64,000 nt of DNA, from the NCBI GenBank assembly GCA_963813155.1, contig CAWEYG010000005.1, positions 96,001 through 160,000 on the forward strand. The letters are read 5' to 3'. Position numbers and translations under genes: made by a program. Below are positions 1 through 10,467 of the stretch, piece by piece; position 1 is the first letter of the stretch, and each line of letters opens with the position of its first letter. The notes under the pieces were generated by a model. It worked only from the letters and a program-made list of their open reading frames with translations, was not told where the DNA came from and made no database searches. Source of the DNA: an uncultured Acidobacteriota bacterium (lineage in GTDB: Bacteria; Acidobacteriota; Thermoanaerobaculia; UBA5066; DATFVB01).

Positions 1-339
1 GATCCGGCTCGCGTTTTCCTGCTCGGCTTCTCCCAGTCGGTCGCCGTGAACTTTCGGTTCGCGTTCACCCATCCGGAGATCGTTGCCGGCGTCGTGGGGA
101 TCTGCGGCGGGATCCCGGGGGACTGGGGTGCGGCGGACAAGTATCAAAGCGCGGCCTTCGACGTGCTCGTCGTCGGCGGAACCCGGGACGAGTTCTACCC
201 GCCCGATCGGGTTCGCGCGAACGCGGAGAAGCTGCGCGAAAGGGCTCGCGCTGTCGAGACGCTGATTCTCGAGGCCGGCCACGAGATCCCGCCCGGATCA
301 CAGGAGCCGATCCGAGACTGGGTGACGCAGAGGCTCTGA
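1..339 (+). CDS. alpha/beta hydrolase (phospholipase/carboxylesterase family), 5'-truncated by the window edge
   Basis: Frame 1 reads DPARVFLLGFSQS (nucleophile elbow), then GTRDEF (Asp) and AGHEI (His). Confidence 0.75.
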   Translation, partial: DPARVFLLGFSQSVAVNFRFAFTHPEIVAGVVGICGGIPGDWGAADKYQSAAFDVLVVGGTRDEFYPPDRVRANAEKLRERARAVETLILEAGHEIPPGSQEPIRDWVTQRL

Positions 340-902
340 TGGCGGCGCTTCTCTCCCATGCGGTCGCCGGCGCCGGAATCGCGGCGGCGCTCCGCCCGAG
401 CGCGCGTCCCCCCGCTCGCTACTGGGCTCTCGCGGTCCTGTGCGCCGTCGTGCCGGACTTCGACATCGTCGTCGTGTGGATGGGCACGAACTACCTCGGG
501 ATGTTCGGCCACCGGGGTTTCATGCACTCGATTTCCTTCGCCGCGGCCCTCGCGGCGGTGCTCTCGTACGGCGCGTTTTCGTCGCCGCGATGGCGGGAGC
601 TGCGGTTCCGTGCCGGAATCGCGTTTTTCTGTCGCGGGCGTTTCGCATGGAATCCTCGACGCGATGATGAGCGCCGGAAGAGGAGTCGCGTTTTTCGCGC
701 CGTTTTCCCCGTGCGCGTTTTCATTTTCCGATCCGGCCGATTCGGGCATCTCCGCTGAGCAGACCACATCCTTCTTCGAGAGGGGGGAATCCGCGTTTCC
801 GCGAGCGAAATCGCCTGGATCTGGGTGCCTGCCGTGCTGCTTTTCGTTCTGGCGGCCTGGTTCTGGAGGAGCCGCAAAATGAGAACTATCATCCCGGCAT
901 GA
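339..902 (+). CDS. membrane-bound metal-dependent hydrolase (YdjM/YbcI-like), split by several frameshifts
   Basis: SHAV...VPDFD...GHRGFMHS is in one frame, SHGILDAM...GVAFFAPF in a second, and EIAWIWVPAVLL...stop at 902 lies after a further shift. Confidence 0.7.
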
Positions 903-2438
903 AAACCGCCGAGAAACCGAACCGCGTCGCTCCGCTCGAAATGGACCCCGAGGAGTTTCGCCGCCTCGGGCGGCGTGTCGTCGACCGCGTCGCCGATTTC
1001 CTCGCCTCGCTTCCCGAGCGACGGGTTACTCCCGGCGAGACGCCCCGGCAGCTTCGGAAGCTTCTCGGGGAAGGCCTCCCTGCCGCTGCGCGGAGCGAAT
1101 GCCGAAGGATTGCTGGACGAGGCCGCGCAGCTTCTCATCGAACACTCGCTCTTCAACGGCCACGCCCGGTTCTGGGGCTACATCACTTCTTCGGCGGCGC
1201 CGATCGGAGCGCTCGCGGATCTCCTCGCTGCCGCCGTCAACCCGAACGTCGGCGCGTTCGGGCTCGCGCCGATCGCGACCGAGATCGAGCTTCAGACGAT
1301 TCGCTGGATCGCGGAGATGATCGGTTTCCCGGCGGACTGTGGCGGCCTTCTCGTCTCGGGAGGCAACATGGCGAACTTCGTCGGCTTTCTCGCCGGCCGC
1401 CGCGCGAAGGCGCCGTGGGACATCCGCGGATCGGGGAGCTCCGGCGGCCCGAAGATGTGCGCCTACGCGTCGGAAGAGACTCACACGTGGGTCAAGAAAG
1501 CGGCGGACCTCTTCGGCCTCGGGACGGATTCTCTCCGGTGGATTCCCGTCGATTCCGGCTACCGGCTTCGCGTTGACGCCCTTCGAGCGGCGATCCGTGA
1601 AGACCGCGCCGCCGGATACGTCCCCTTCCTCGTGGTCGGGACGGCGGGGTCGGTTTCGACCGGCGCGATCGATCCGCTTCCGGAGATCGCCGCCGTCGCC
1701 TCCGAGGAGAACCTCTGGTTCCACGTGGACGGCGCGTACGGCGGGCTGGCCGCGGTGCTTCCCGACGCGCCCGCCGCGCTGCGGGGCTTGTCGCTGGCCG
1801 ACTCGGTCGCGGTCGACCCGCACAAATGGCTCTACGCGCCCGTCGAAGCCGGATGCACGCTCGTGCGCGACAGGGCCGCCCTGGAGGACACGTTTGCCTA
1901 TCGCCCCCCCTACTACCACTTCGAGGAAGAGGACGAGGCCGTGAACTTCTACGAGCGGGGGCCCCAGAACTCGCGGGGATTCCGCGCCCTGAAGGTCTGG
2001 CTCGGCCTTCGTCAGGCGGGGCGGGAAGGATACGAACGGATGATCGCCGACGACATCGCGCTCGCGCAGAGGCTCTTCGAGAAGGCGGCCGCGACCCCCG
2101 AGATCGAGACGTTCACGCGAGACCTTTCGATCGCGACGTTCCGATTCGTGCCCGAGCGGCTTGCCGGAGCGGGGGCAGAGCACGGCGAATACCTCGATCA
2201 ATTGAATACCGAGCTCCTCACGCGCCTCCAGAATGGCGGGGAAGCCTACGTCTCCAACGCCGTCCTCGGCGGGCGATTCGTGCTCCGCGCCTGCATCGTG
2301 AATTTCCGCACCCGATCGAGCGATGTCGACGCGCTGCCGGATCTGGTGGTTCGGATCGGCCGCGAGGTCGACCGGGACCTCCGGGAGAAAGCGGAAGGCC
2401 GGCCCGGCATCCCCGAGGGAAGGAGAACGAATGGCTGA
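899..2438 (+). CDS. PLP-dependent group II (aromatic amino acid-type) decarboxylase, frameshifted at the G-run ~1067-1070
   Basis: N-terminus MDPEEFRRLGRRVVD is in one frame. The remainder has FWGYITS, SGGNMAN, WFHVDGAYGG and DPHKWL (PLP Lys). Confidence 0.85.
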
Positions 2439-3603
2439 GCCGGTCTGGGCCGATCTGGGCTCCGTGGAAAAGCTGAAAGAAGAGCTGAAGAAGAAGCCGC
2501 TTGCGCAGCTGAAGGTCGGCCGCACGCCGATCGCGCTGACGTACCGCAACGGGGAATTCTCCGCCGTCTCGGGAGTCTGCAACCATGTCGGCGGCCCGCT
2601 CGGCGAGGGGCGACTCGACGGGGATTACATCGTCTGTCCGTGGCACAACTACAAGTTTCACTTTCGGACGGGCGAAGGGGAGCCGGGGTACGAGGAGGAC
2701 AGGGTCCCGAGCTACGCGCTGCGGGTCGAAGGCGGTCGTCTCCTCGTCAACCTGACTCCGGCGACGCCGCGGCACAAGGTGATGCACGATCCGCATCCGC
2801 TCGAGAGGCCGTTGGCTCGGGCAGATGGCCCGACCCGCGTGCTCGGCATCTCGACGACGGCGATGGACACGGCGAACCCGCGCTATTCGACTTCCGACGC
2901 GCTTCTCGAAGCCGCGCTTGCGCATGCCTCCGGCGGCCTCGGGGCGGAGACGAAGCTGCTGAGACTGACGGAGCTTTCTTTCCGGACCTGCGAGGGTTAC
3001 TACTCGAAAAGCGCGCACGCCTGCACGTGGCCCTGCTCGATCACGCAGATGGACCCGAACGACCAGATGGACCAGGTGTACGACGCGATCATCTTCTGGG
3101 CCGACGTGATCCTCGTCTCGACGCCGATCCGCTGGGGCTCGGCGAGCTCGCTCTATTTCAAGATGGTCGAGCGGATGAACTGCGTCCAGAACCAGATCAC
3201 TCTTCGCGACCGCGTGATGATTCGCAACAAGGTCGCGGCCTTCATCATCACGGGCGGACAGGACAACATCCAGGCGGTCGCGGGAGAAATGCTCGGTTTC
3301 TTCGCCGAGATCGGATGCCTCTTTCCGCAGTTCCCCTACATCGCGCACTCGCGGGGCTGGTCCGCCGAAGACATGGAAAACAACATCTCCTACGTCCAGA
3401 AGAGCAGGGCGCTGAAGGAGGGCGCGGAGTCGCTCGTCGAGAGAGCGGTCGCGTTTTCCCGGACGATCGTGGAAACGACGCCGGCGCCGGAAAAAGTCAT
3501 GCGCGCCGGCCGAAAGGCCGACGGCCTCGACAACGCGGCGATGGGAGCGAACCTGCTCGCCGGGATGGCCGACGAAGGCGCCCCGAGGGACGAACCGAAG
3601 TGA
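2431..3603 (+). CDS. Rieske [2Fe-2S] domain fused to a flavodoxin-like NAD(P)H-dependent FMN reductase domain
   Basis: CNHVGGPL...CPWH Rieske motif, then CEGYYS..CTWPC and DVILVSTPIRWG in a flavodoxin-fold region. Confidence 0.8.
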   Translation: MAEPVWADLGSVEKLKEELKKKPLAQLKVGRTPIALTYRNGEFSAVSGVCNHVGGPLGEGRLDGDYIVCPWHNYKFHFRTGEGEPGYEEDRVPSYALRVEGGRLLVNLTPATPRHKVMHDPHPLERPLARADGPTRVLGISTTAMDTANPRYSTSDALLEAALAHASGGLGAETKLLRLTELSFRTCEGYYSKSAHACTWPCSITQMDPNDQMDQVYDAIIFWADVILVSTPIRWGSASSLYFKMVERMNCVQNQITLRDRVMIRNKVAAFIITGGQDNIQAVAGEMLGFFAEIGCLFPQFPYIAHSRGWSAEDMENNISYVQKSRALKEGAESLVERAVAFSRTIVETTPAPEKVMRAGRKADGLDNAAMGANLLAGMADEGAPRDEPK

Positions 3604-4469
3604 GCGGAGAGTGGCGGCGCCTCGGGGGCGTCGATCCGAAGGAGCTCTCGGCGGCGCGTCTCGATGTCCATTACGCCGCCCAGATCGTTTCCGCGATCGG
3701 CATCACGCACCTTCCCCACCAGCCCGACGACAGCCACACGAATCTGGAATGGATTCCTTCGAATGAAGCCTTCGGTGGGAACCTCGTTGGCGGATCGCGC
3801 GCGTTTCGAGGGGCGCTGCGGCCCGGCGACTTCACGCTGATGCTGCTCGACGAAGCGGGCCACCGGGAAAGAAAATTGCCTCTTTCGGAGAAGACCCTCG
3901 ACGAAGGGTACGTCTGGATGGCGGAGGTGATCGCGGCGGAGACCGGAAAGCCGATGAAACCTCTGGAGCGGCCGGCGTACGAGCTCCCGGAGCACGCCGT
4001 CGCGGAGGGCTCTCGTTTTTCGGTGCCGATGGAGGAGTTCCGCGAGATTGGCCGCTGGTACGGAAACGCGGCCTCGCTCCTGATTTCCCTGATGGGAGAA
4101 TTTTCCGAAGCCTCTTCCGTTCGCTGCTGGCCGCACCACTTCGACATCGCGATTCTCCTGACGCTCGGGGAGGGAAAGACGATCGGTCTCGGCCTCTCGC
4201 CCGGCGACGCGAGCTACGCGGAGCCGTACTGGTACGTCACGCCCTACCCGTATCCGAAGAACCCGGAATTGCCGCCGCTTCCGGAAAAGGGGCGCTGGCA
4301 CACGGAGGGTTTCTTCGCGGCGGTCCTGACCGGATCGGATCTCCTGTCCGGGGATCTCGGCGACCCAGCGGCAGCGGTCGGAGATTTTTCTTCGCGCGGC
4401 CACTCCAAGGCTGTCGCCGCTTCCTGGAATAGGAAGGCTCTTCGCTACTTCTGGCCGGCTGTGACCTGA
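3600..4469 (+). CDS. conserved hypothetical protein (DUF5996-like); true stop probably at ~4432 after indels
   Basis: The GTG start overlaps the upstream stop. Motifs CWPHHFDIA, GLSPGD..YAEPYWYVTPYP and WHTEGF are present. Confidence 0.6.
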   Translation: MSGEWRRLGGVDPKELSAARLDVHYAAQIVSAIGITHLPHQPDDSHTNLEWIPSNEAFGGNLVGGSRAFRGALRPGDFTLMLLDEAGHRERKLPLSEKTLDEGYVWMAEVIAAETGKPMKPLERPAYELPEHAVAEGSRFSVPMEEFREIGRWYGNAASLLISLMGEFSEASSVRCWPHHFDIAILLTLGEGKTIGLGLSPGDASYAEPYWYVTPYPYPKNPELPPLPEKGRWHTEGFFAAVLTGSDLLSGDLGDPAAAVGDFSSRGHSKAVAASWNRKALRYFWPAVT

Positions 4470-7400
4470 GGGATCGGCGCCGTCGTGTCGGACCGGTGGG
4501 CCGATTCGATCTCCTCGTGCGAGGGAAGGTTCGAATGCCCCGAGTGGAAGAACGTCGTGCGGTTCAGCACCTTTTCCTGGAATTCCTCGAGGTAGAGGTA
4601 GATCACGGGCGTGACGAACAGCGTGATGAACTGCGACACGACGAGGCCGCCGACGATGACGAGCCCGAGAGGCCGCCGCGACGCTCCGTCCGCGCCGAAG
4701 CCGAGCGCGATGGGAAGCGCGCCGAAGATCGCCGCGAGCGTCGTCATCAGGATCGGCCGGAACCGGTCCATGCTCGCGTCGTGGATCGCCTGCACCGCCG
4801 ACTCGCCGCGATCGACGCGTTGGCGGGCGAAGTCGACGATCATGATCCCGTTCTTCTTGACGATTCCCATCAACATGAACATTCCGACGAACGCGTACAG
4901 AGAAGCCTGCTGCCGGAAGATCAGGAGCGTGAGCAATCCTCCGACGAGCGCCGTCGGGAGCGTCGAGAGAACCGTCAAGGGGTGAACGTAGCTCTCGTAG
5001 AGGATCGCGAGGATCACGTACATCACGAAGACCGCGAGGATCATCAGGACGGTGAGGTCCCGGACGGTGTTCCTGAACGTCTCCGCCTCGCCCTGAAGGC
5101 TCGCGCGAATGCCGGCCGGGACGACTTCATGGGCCGTCTTGGCGATGAAATCTGTCGCCGGCCCGAGCGCGACGCCCGGCTTGAGGTTGAAGAAGATCGT
5201 GACGCTCGTGAACTGGTTCAGGTGGTTGACGGCCTGCGGGCCGAGAGATTGTTTCCAGGTGACGAGCTCCCGAAGCGGGACGAGATTCGCCCCGTCGTCG
5301 GACTTGATGTAGAGCAGGGAAAGGTTGTCCGCCTTCTCGCGGCCCTTGTCCTCGACTTCGAGGATGACCTGGTACTGATCGGCGGGTTTCTTGATCAGGT
5401 AGACATAGTTCTGAGAATAGGCGTTGCGAAGGAGAGCGAGGATCCGAGCCTCGGAAACGCCGTACGTCTTGGCTTGATCCCGCCGGATCTCGACGTCGAG
5501 GTTCGGCGTGTTGTTGAAGAAATCGGACGAGACGGTTTGAAATCCGGGATACTCCCGCAGTTTTGCCATGAGCTTTGTCGAAGCGTCGTAGACCTCCCCG
5601 GCGTTCACGCCGGACAGGGAATAGGCGTACTGTCCCTGGGCCTGGTTCGTCGCTCCGGTCGAGATCTGAAGGACGGGAAAGGGCTGCAGGAACGCAAAGG
5701 TCCCCGGGACCGAGCCGATCTCGCCCATGAGCTTGCCCGCTTCCTGATCGATCGGCGGCCGCTGCCCGGGGGGCTTCAGGAACGTGAAGATGAATCCCTG
5801 GTTGGAAGGGAGAAATCCGGAGATTCCCGCGACCGAAATCGTCGCGCGGATATTCGGGTCGCGCCAGAGCACGTCGCTCACGTTCTGCTGGATCGCGCGC
5901 ATCTGGTCGGGGGAGGAGCCCTCTTTCCCGAGGAAGACGCCGTTGATCACGCTGCTGTCGCCGGTCGGCAGAAAGGCCTTCGGAACCACGTAGAAGAGAC
6001 CGACGGTCCCGGCGAGGCAGAGCACCCAGATCAGCGCGGAGAGCCTCCGGCGCTCGAGAAACCACGTGAGGGAGGATCCGTATTTTCCGAGCACCCGCTT
6101 TTCGACGCCGCCGATCACGCGTTCGATCCAGGTCTGCCGGACGTCCTTGCCGCGGGGCTTCAGGAGCCGCGCGCACATCAGCGGCGTCAGAGTCAGGGAA
6201 ACCAGGCCGGACGCGAGGATCGACACGACGATCGTGACCGCGAATTCGCGGAAGATCCGCCCGACGAGTCCCGACATCAGGAGGAGCGGCAGGAACACCG
6301 CCGCGAGCGAGATCGTCATCGAGAGAATCGTGAAACTGATCTCTTTGGCGCCGTTCAGCGAGGCGAGCAGGGCCGGCTCGCCGCGCTCCATCCGGCGAAC
6401 GGTGTTCTCGAGAAAGACGATCGCATCGTCGACCAGAAACCCGATCGCGAGCACGAGAGCCATCAGCGAGAGGTTGTCGAGGCTGTAGCCGAGCGCCCGC
6501 ATCGCCATGAACGTCAGCAGCAGGGAAAGCGGAAGCGCGACCGCCGGGATCAGCGTGTCGGTCGCCCGGCCGAGAAAGAAGAAGATCACCAGAACCACGA
6601 GAACGAAAGCGATGACGAGTGTTGCCTGAACGTCGTTGACGGAGTTGACGATGCTTTGCGCGCGGTCGTAGATCGGCGTGACGCGCACCGAGCCGGGCAG
6701 CTCCGCGCTGATGACGGGCAGCAGATTTCGGATACTGCGCGAGACCTCGACGGCGTTGGCTCCCGCCTGGCGGTTGACCGCGACGACGACCGTCGCCGAC
6801 GGAATCGGATAGCCCTTGACCCAGAAGCGCATGCTGATGCGCTCGTCCTGGAGCGAGTTCGTCACGGTCGCAACGTCGCGCAGGCGCACCGCCGCCCCGT
6901 TCTTCGAACCGACGATCAGGTCGTCGTAGGCCCGCGCCGTGTCGAGCTGCCCCTGGGGGTTCAGCAGCAGGGTGCCGGAGGCGCTGTCGAGCTGGCCCGC
7001 GCCGGTGTAGCTCGTGCCGTTCTTGATGGCGGCGGCGAGATCGTCCACGGAAATGCCGCGGGCCCACATCGCGGAAGGGTCCGCCTTGATGCGAATCGCC
7101 GATTTCGTTCCGAACACGTTGACCCGCGAAACGCCCGGAAGGATGCTGATCCGCTGGCCGACCTGCGTGCTTCCGTAGTCGTAGAGCGCGCCGGGAGTGA
7201 CCGACTCGCTCGTCAGGGCGATGTACATGATCGGCTGGTCGTTGGGGTTCGTCTTGGAAAACGTCGGCGGCGACGGGAGGTCGACGGGAAGGCTCCCGGT
7301 CGCCTGCGAGATGGCCGTCTGAACGTCGGTCGCGGCCGCGTCGATGCTCTTTCCCAGCGCGAACTGAAGCGTCAGGCTCGTGTTTCCCTGCGTGCTTTTC

Positions 7401-7645
7401 GACGTGACGATCTCGAGGCCGTTGATCTGCATGAACTGGCGCTCGAGCGGCGTCGCGATGTTGTTGGCCATCGTGTCGGGGCTCGCCCCGGGGTAGCTCA
7501 CCTGAACCTGGATGACGGGATAGTCGACCGCCGGAAGGTCGTTGACCGGCAGCTGGCGGTAGCAGAGAACGCCGAAGAGAATGACGGAGACGGTCAGGAC
7601 CGCCGTCATCACCGGCTTTCGGATGAAGGGCTCGGACAGGTTCAC
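4445..7645 (-). CDS. RND efflux permease (MdtB/MdtC-like, AcrB family)
   Basis: 1066 aa; LPVNDLPAVDYPVIQV, IGFLVDDAIV, GIVKKNGIMIVDFA, RFRPILMTT. Confidence 0.95.
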   Translation of the reverse strand: MNLSEPFIRKPVMTAVLTVSVILFGVLCYRQLPVNDLPAVDYPVIQVQVSYPGASPDTMANNIATPLERQFMQINGLEIVTSKSTQGNTSLTLQFALGKSIDAAATDVQTAISQATGSLPVDLPSPPTFSKTNPNDQPIMYIALTSESVTPGALYDYGSTQVGQRISILPGVSRVNVFGTKSAIRIKADPSAMWARGISVDDLAAAIKNGTSYTGAGQLDSASGTLLLNPQGQLDTARAYDDLIVGSKNGAAVRLRDVATVTNSLQDERISMRFWVKGYPIPSATVVVAVNRQAGANAVEVSRSIRNLLPVISAELPGSVRVTPIYDRAQSIVNSVNDVQATLVIAFVLVVLVIFFFLGRATDTLIPAVALPLSLLLTFMAMRALGYSLDNLSLMALVLAIGFLVDDAIVFLENTVRRMERGEPALLASLNGAKEISFTILSMTISLAAVFLPLLLMSGLVGRIFREFAVTIVVSILASGLVSLTLTPLMCARLLKPRGKDVRQTWIERVIGGVEKRVLGKYGSSLTWFLERRRLSALIWVLCLAGTVGLFYVVPKAFLPTGDSSVINGVFLGKEGSSPDQMRAIQQNVSDVLWRDPNIRATISVAGISGFLPSNQGFIFTFLKPPGQRPPIDQEAGKLMGEIGSVPGTFAFLQPFPVLQISTGATNQAQGQYAYSLSGVNAGEVYDASTKLMAKLREYPGFQTVSSDFFNNTPNLDVEIRRDQAKTYGVSEARILALLRNAYSQNYVYLIKKPADQYQVILEVEDKGREKADNLSLLYIKSDDGANLVPLRELVTWKQSLGPQAVNHLNQFTSVTIFFNLKPGVALGPATDFIAKTAHEVVPAGIRASLQGEAETFRNTVRDLTVLMILAVFVMYVILAILYESYVHPLTVLSTLPTALVGGLLTLLIFRQQASLYAFVGMFMLMGIVKKNGIMIVDFARQRVDRGESAVQAIHDASMDRFRPILMTTLAAIFGALPIALGFGADGASRRPLGLVIVGGLVVSQFITLFVTPVIYLYLEEFQEKVLNRTTFFHSGHSNLPSHEEIESAHRSDTTAPIPQVTAGQK

Positions 7646-8733
7646 GAGTGGGGCCCCGCGACGGCGACCTTTCCGCCGGGCGTGACGGCGAGCTGGCCGT
7701 TGACGACGACGCGTTCACCCGCTTTCAGGCCCTTCTCGATCACGACGAGGGCTTCCTGGGTTTGTCCCGGCACGATCGGGCGCAGCTCGGCCGTCGAATC
7801 GGCGGCCACGACGTAGACGAACGGTCCTTTTGCGGACACCTGGAGAGCCGTTGCGGGAACGAGCACGGCGCCCTTCAGCGTCGCGAGCACGAGACGGACC
7901 TTGACGAACCTTCCCGGCCAGAGCCGATGCTCCCGATTGGGAACGGTGGCCCGCAGGGTGACCGTTCCCGTCGATTCCTGAACGGTGTTGTCGAGAAACG
8001 TGAGCGTTCCCGCGAGCGGCTTTCCGGGCTCGTCGGGAAGGCGAACTTCCACTTTCAGGTCTCCGCGCGCCATGTGCTGCTGGACCTGCGACAGGTCGTT
8101 CTCCGTGACCGTGAAGTCGGCGTAGATCGGGTCGAGCCGCTCGATCGTCAGGAGCGAGGCGCCATTGGGGGCGACGACGTTCCCGAGGTCGACGAGGCGG
8201 TGGCCCGCGCGCCCGTCGATCGGGGAATGGATCGAGCAGTACTGGAGGTTCAGGCGCGCCGCCTTGACCGAGGCGTCCGCCTGCTGCACCTGGGCCTCGT
8301 CGACCTGGGCGGTGCTCTTTTTCGTGTCGTAGTCCGACTGAGAAACGAGCTGCGCCTTCAGGAGGTCCGCGGAGCGGGCGAGCTCCACGCGGGCGAGCTC
8401 GCGCGCGGCTTTCGCCTGCGCGACATTCGCCTCCGCGGCGTCGAGCTGCGCCTGGTACGGCCGCGGATCGATCGTGAAGAGCAGGTCTCCGGACTTGACG
8501 TTCGCCCCGTCGGTGAAATGGATCTCGGTGATGCGGCCGGATACCTGCGGGACGATCGAGACGACCTCGCGCGCGACGCACTTGCCGACTTCGTCGGCGT
8601 AAACAGGAACGTCCCGCGCGACGGCCGTTTCGACCGTGACGGGCGCGGGAGGCCGCTGAAAGGCCGCGGGATTATTCTTGCCGCGGCAGGCGCAGCCGAG
8701 CATCAACAGCAGGAGCAACTTCTTGTTTTTCAC
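7642..8733 (-). CDS. RND membrane fusion protein (MdtA-like lipoprotein)
   Basis: Lipoprotein-like signal, PQVSGRITEIHFTDG, IHSPIDGRAG, LWPGRFV; overlaps the permease start. Confidence 0.93.
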   Translation of the reverse strand: MKNKKLLLLLMLGCACRGKNNPAAFQRPPAPVTVETAVARDVPVYADEVGKCVAREVVSIVPQVSGRITEIHFTDGANVKSGDLLFTIDPRPYQAQLDAAEANVAQAKAARELARVELARSADLLKAQLVSQSDYDTKKSTAQVDEAQVQQADASVKAARLNLQYCSIHSPIDGRAGHRLVDLGNVVAPNGASLLTIERLDPIYADFTVTENDLSQVQQHMARGDLKVEVRLPDEPGKPLAGTLTFLDNTVQESTGTVTLRATVPNREHRLWPGRFVKVRLVLATLKGAVLVPATALQVSAKGPFVYVVAADSTAELRPIVPGQTQEALVVIEKGLKAGERVVVNGQLAVTPGGKVAVAGPHS

Positions 8734-8848
8734 GAGCTTTTCGGCCTCAGATCATTTCCACATTCGAAGGACAGCATCGGCGTCCGTTTCCATACGGTCT
8801 TGAACCTCTCCGGTTTCATTTTATATTTCATTTCGAACGACTTGCGGG

Positions 8849-10423
8849 CTACCTTTTCGAAATGAAGCTCCACGGGCTGGTCGGCTTTTGCGGCGGCATC
8901 GACGGGGAGACGACGGCGTCGATTTCCGCGCGGTGGTCTTTCAGGAGGCGCCGAACGGGGACTCCGTCGGCGCCGCGCTCGAGGATTTCGGCGGCCGACT
9001 CGTCCATTTTCGCGAGAAACGCCTCCCATCGGGCCTCGGAAACCGGCATCCCCCGGAAACGCACGTTCGAAAGCTTCGCGAATTCGCGCGTCAGGTATTC
9101 GATCTTCGTCTTGATCTCGCCTTCCGGCGCGAGCGACTCGCTTTCGTAGGGAGTGTGCGGCTTCGGGATGAACGCGTTGACCGAGGGGACGATCGTGGCC
9201 ATCCGTCCCGTCGATTTCGCTTCGGCGAGCGCGATGTCGTGGCAATCGGACACGAGGCGCACGAGGTCGCGCACGTCTTCTTCGGTTTCCGAAGGAAGCC
9301 CGATCTGCAGATAGAGCTTCAGGTTGGTGAAGCCGTTCTGGAAGATCATACGGACCTTCTCCCGGAGCATCGAGTCGGAGACCTTCTTGTTGATGTGGCG
9401 GCGCAACCGCTCGTTTCCCGCTTCCGGTGCGATCGAGAGAGACTTTTCGCCTTGCCGCGCGAGGATCGCGAGGATCTCGGGCCGAATCGCGTCGATCTTG
9501 ATCGACGAAAGAGCGATGTGGAACTCGAGCTCGGCGAGCCCGGAGAGGATCGTCTCGATCTCCGGGTGATCGCAGACGGCCGTCGCGATCAGGCCCGCGC
9601 GATCCGTGAAGCGGCGCCCGTTCCGGGCCGTCGCGAGGATCGAGGAGGCGGGATACTGCTTGATCGGCGCCATTGCGTACGCCGCCCAGCAGAACTTGCA
9701 CATTTCCGTGCAGCCGCGCGAGATTTCGATCAGAAGCTTGTCGGAGAGCTCGGTCCGGGGCGTGAGGATGGAAGTGTGCGGGACTTCGTAGTCGGGTCCG
9801 ATTTCCTTTCGGGACATCGCCTGCTGGATGACGATTTTGCCGTCCATCGAGCCCTCGGCGCGGGGACCCTGGACGGCGGGAACGAAGAGCCCGGGCACCT
9901 TCGCGGCTTCTTCCAGGAACTGCGACCGGTTGAGACCGCGCTTGAGGAGATTCGAGAGAGGGAGAACGAGCTTCTCTCCATCTCCCATCGCGAAGATGTC
10001 GAGAAACGGGGTCAGGGGGGCTGGATTGATCCGCGAACAGTCGCCTCCGATGAGGAGAATCGGGTGGCGCTCGTCACGGTCGCGAGCCCTCCGCGGAATC
10101 CGCGAGAGGTCGAGGGTCTTCAGGAGATTGAGGTAGTCCATTTCCCAGGAGACCGACCAGGCGAGCAGGCCGAATTCCGAAAGCGGCGTTCGCGATTCCA
10201 GGGTCTCCGCCGGGGCTCCGGCCTCGTAGAAAAACCGCTCGCACACGACATCCTCGACGCGGTTGAAAAGACGCAGCACCCACTGGAAGCCGAGATTCGA
10301 CATCCCGACTTCGTAGGAGTTCGGGAACCCGAGCGCGACGCGGTACGCGCCGAATCGCTTCGGCTCCTCGAGGGGCCTTTCCGACGCGAGTCGGGCTCGT
10401 CGATTCTCTTCGTATCCCGGCAT
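8849..10423 (-). CDS. radical SAM protein with a B12-binding-like N-terminal region
   Basis: FPNSYEVGMSNLG; EISRGCTEMCKFC (CxxxCxxC); IAPEAGNERLR; FIPKPHTP. Confidence 0.85.
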   Translation of the reverse strand: MPGYEENRRARLASERPLEEPKRFGAYRVALGFPNSYEVGMSNLGFQWVLRLFNRVEDVVCERFFYEAGAPAETLESRTPLSEFGLLAWSVSWEMDYLNLLKTLDLSRIPRRARDRDERHPILLIGGDCSRINPAPLTPFLDIFAMGDGEKLVLPLSNLLKRGLNRSQFLEEAAKVPGLFVPAVQGPRAEGSMDGKIVIQQAMSRKEIGPDYEVPHTSILTPRTELSDKLLIEISRGCTEMCKFCWAAYAMAPIKQYPASSILATARNGRRFTDRAGLIATAVCDHPEIETILSGLAELEFHIALSSIKIDAIRPEILAILARQGEKSLSIAPEAGNERLRRHINKKVSDSMLREKVRMIFQNGFTNLKLYLQIGLPSETEEDVRDLVRLVSDCHDIALAEAKSTGRMATIVPSVNAFIPKPHTPYESESLAPEGEIKTKIEYLTREFAKLSNVRFRGMPVSEARWEAFLAKMDESAAEILERGADGVPVRRLLKDHRAEIDAVVSPSMPPQKPTSPWSFISKR

Positions 10424-10467
10424 GAACCCTTGATTATAAGGGATTTTCGGCGCTTTCGCGCGGCCGG

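Noticed and set aside
1060-1085. Programmed ribosomal frameshifting in the decarboxylase and other split genes
   Set aside because: There is no canonical slippery heptamer with a stimulator, and the many scattered indels point to sequencing error.
4496-7816. 1106-aa plus-strand ORF and many other long antisense or alternate-frame ORFs (e.g. 23699-26470, 19810-21807, 34450-36888)
   Set aside because: These are shadow frames of high-GC genes: Arg/Gly-rich, with no motifs, and fully overlapping well-supported CDSs.
8799-8822. Possible TetR-type operator (TGAAACC-GGAGA-GGTTCA) upstream of the RND operon
   Set aside because: The palindrome is imperfect and no cognate regulator is in view, so it is too weak to call.
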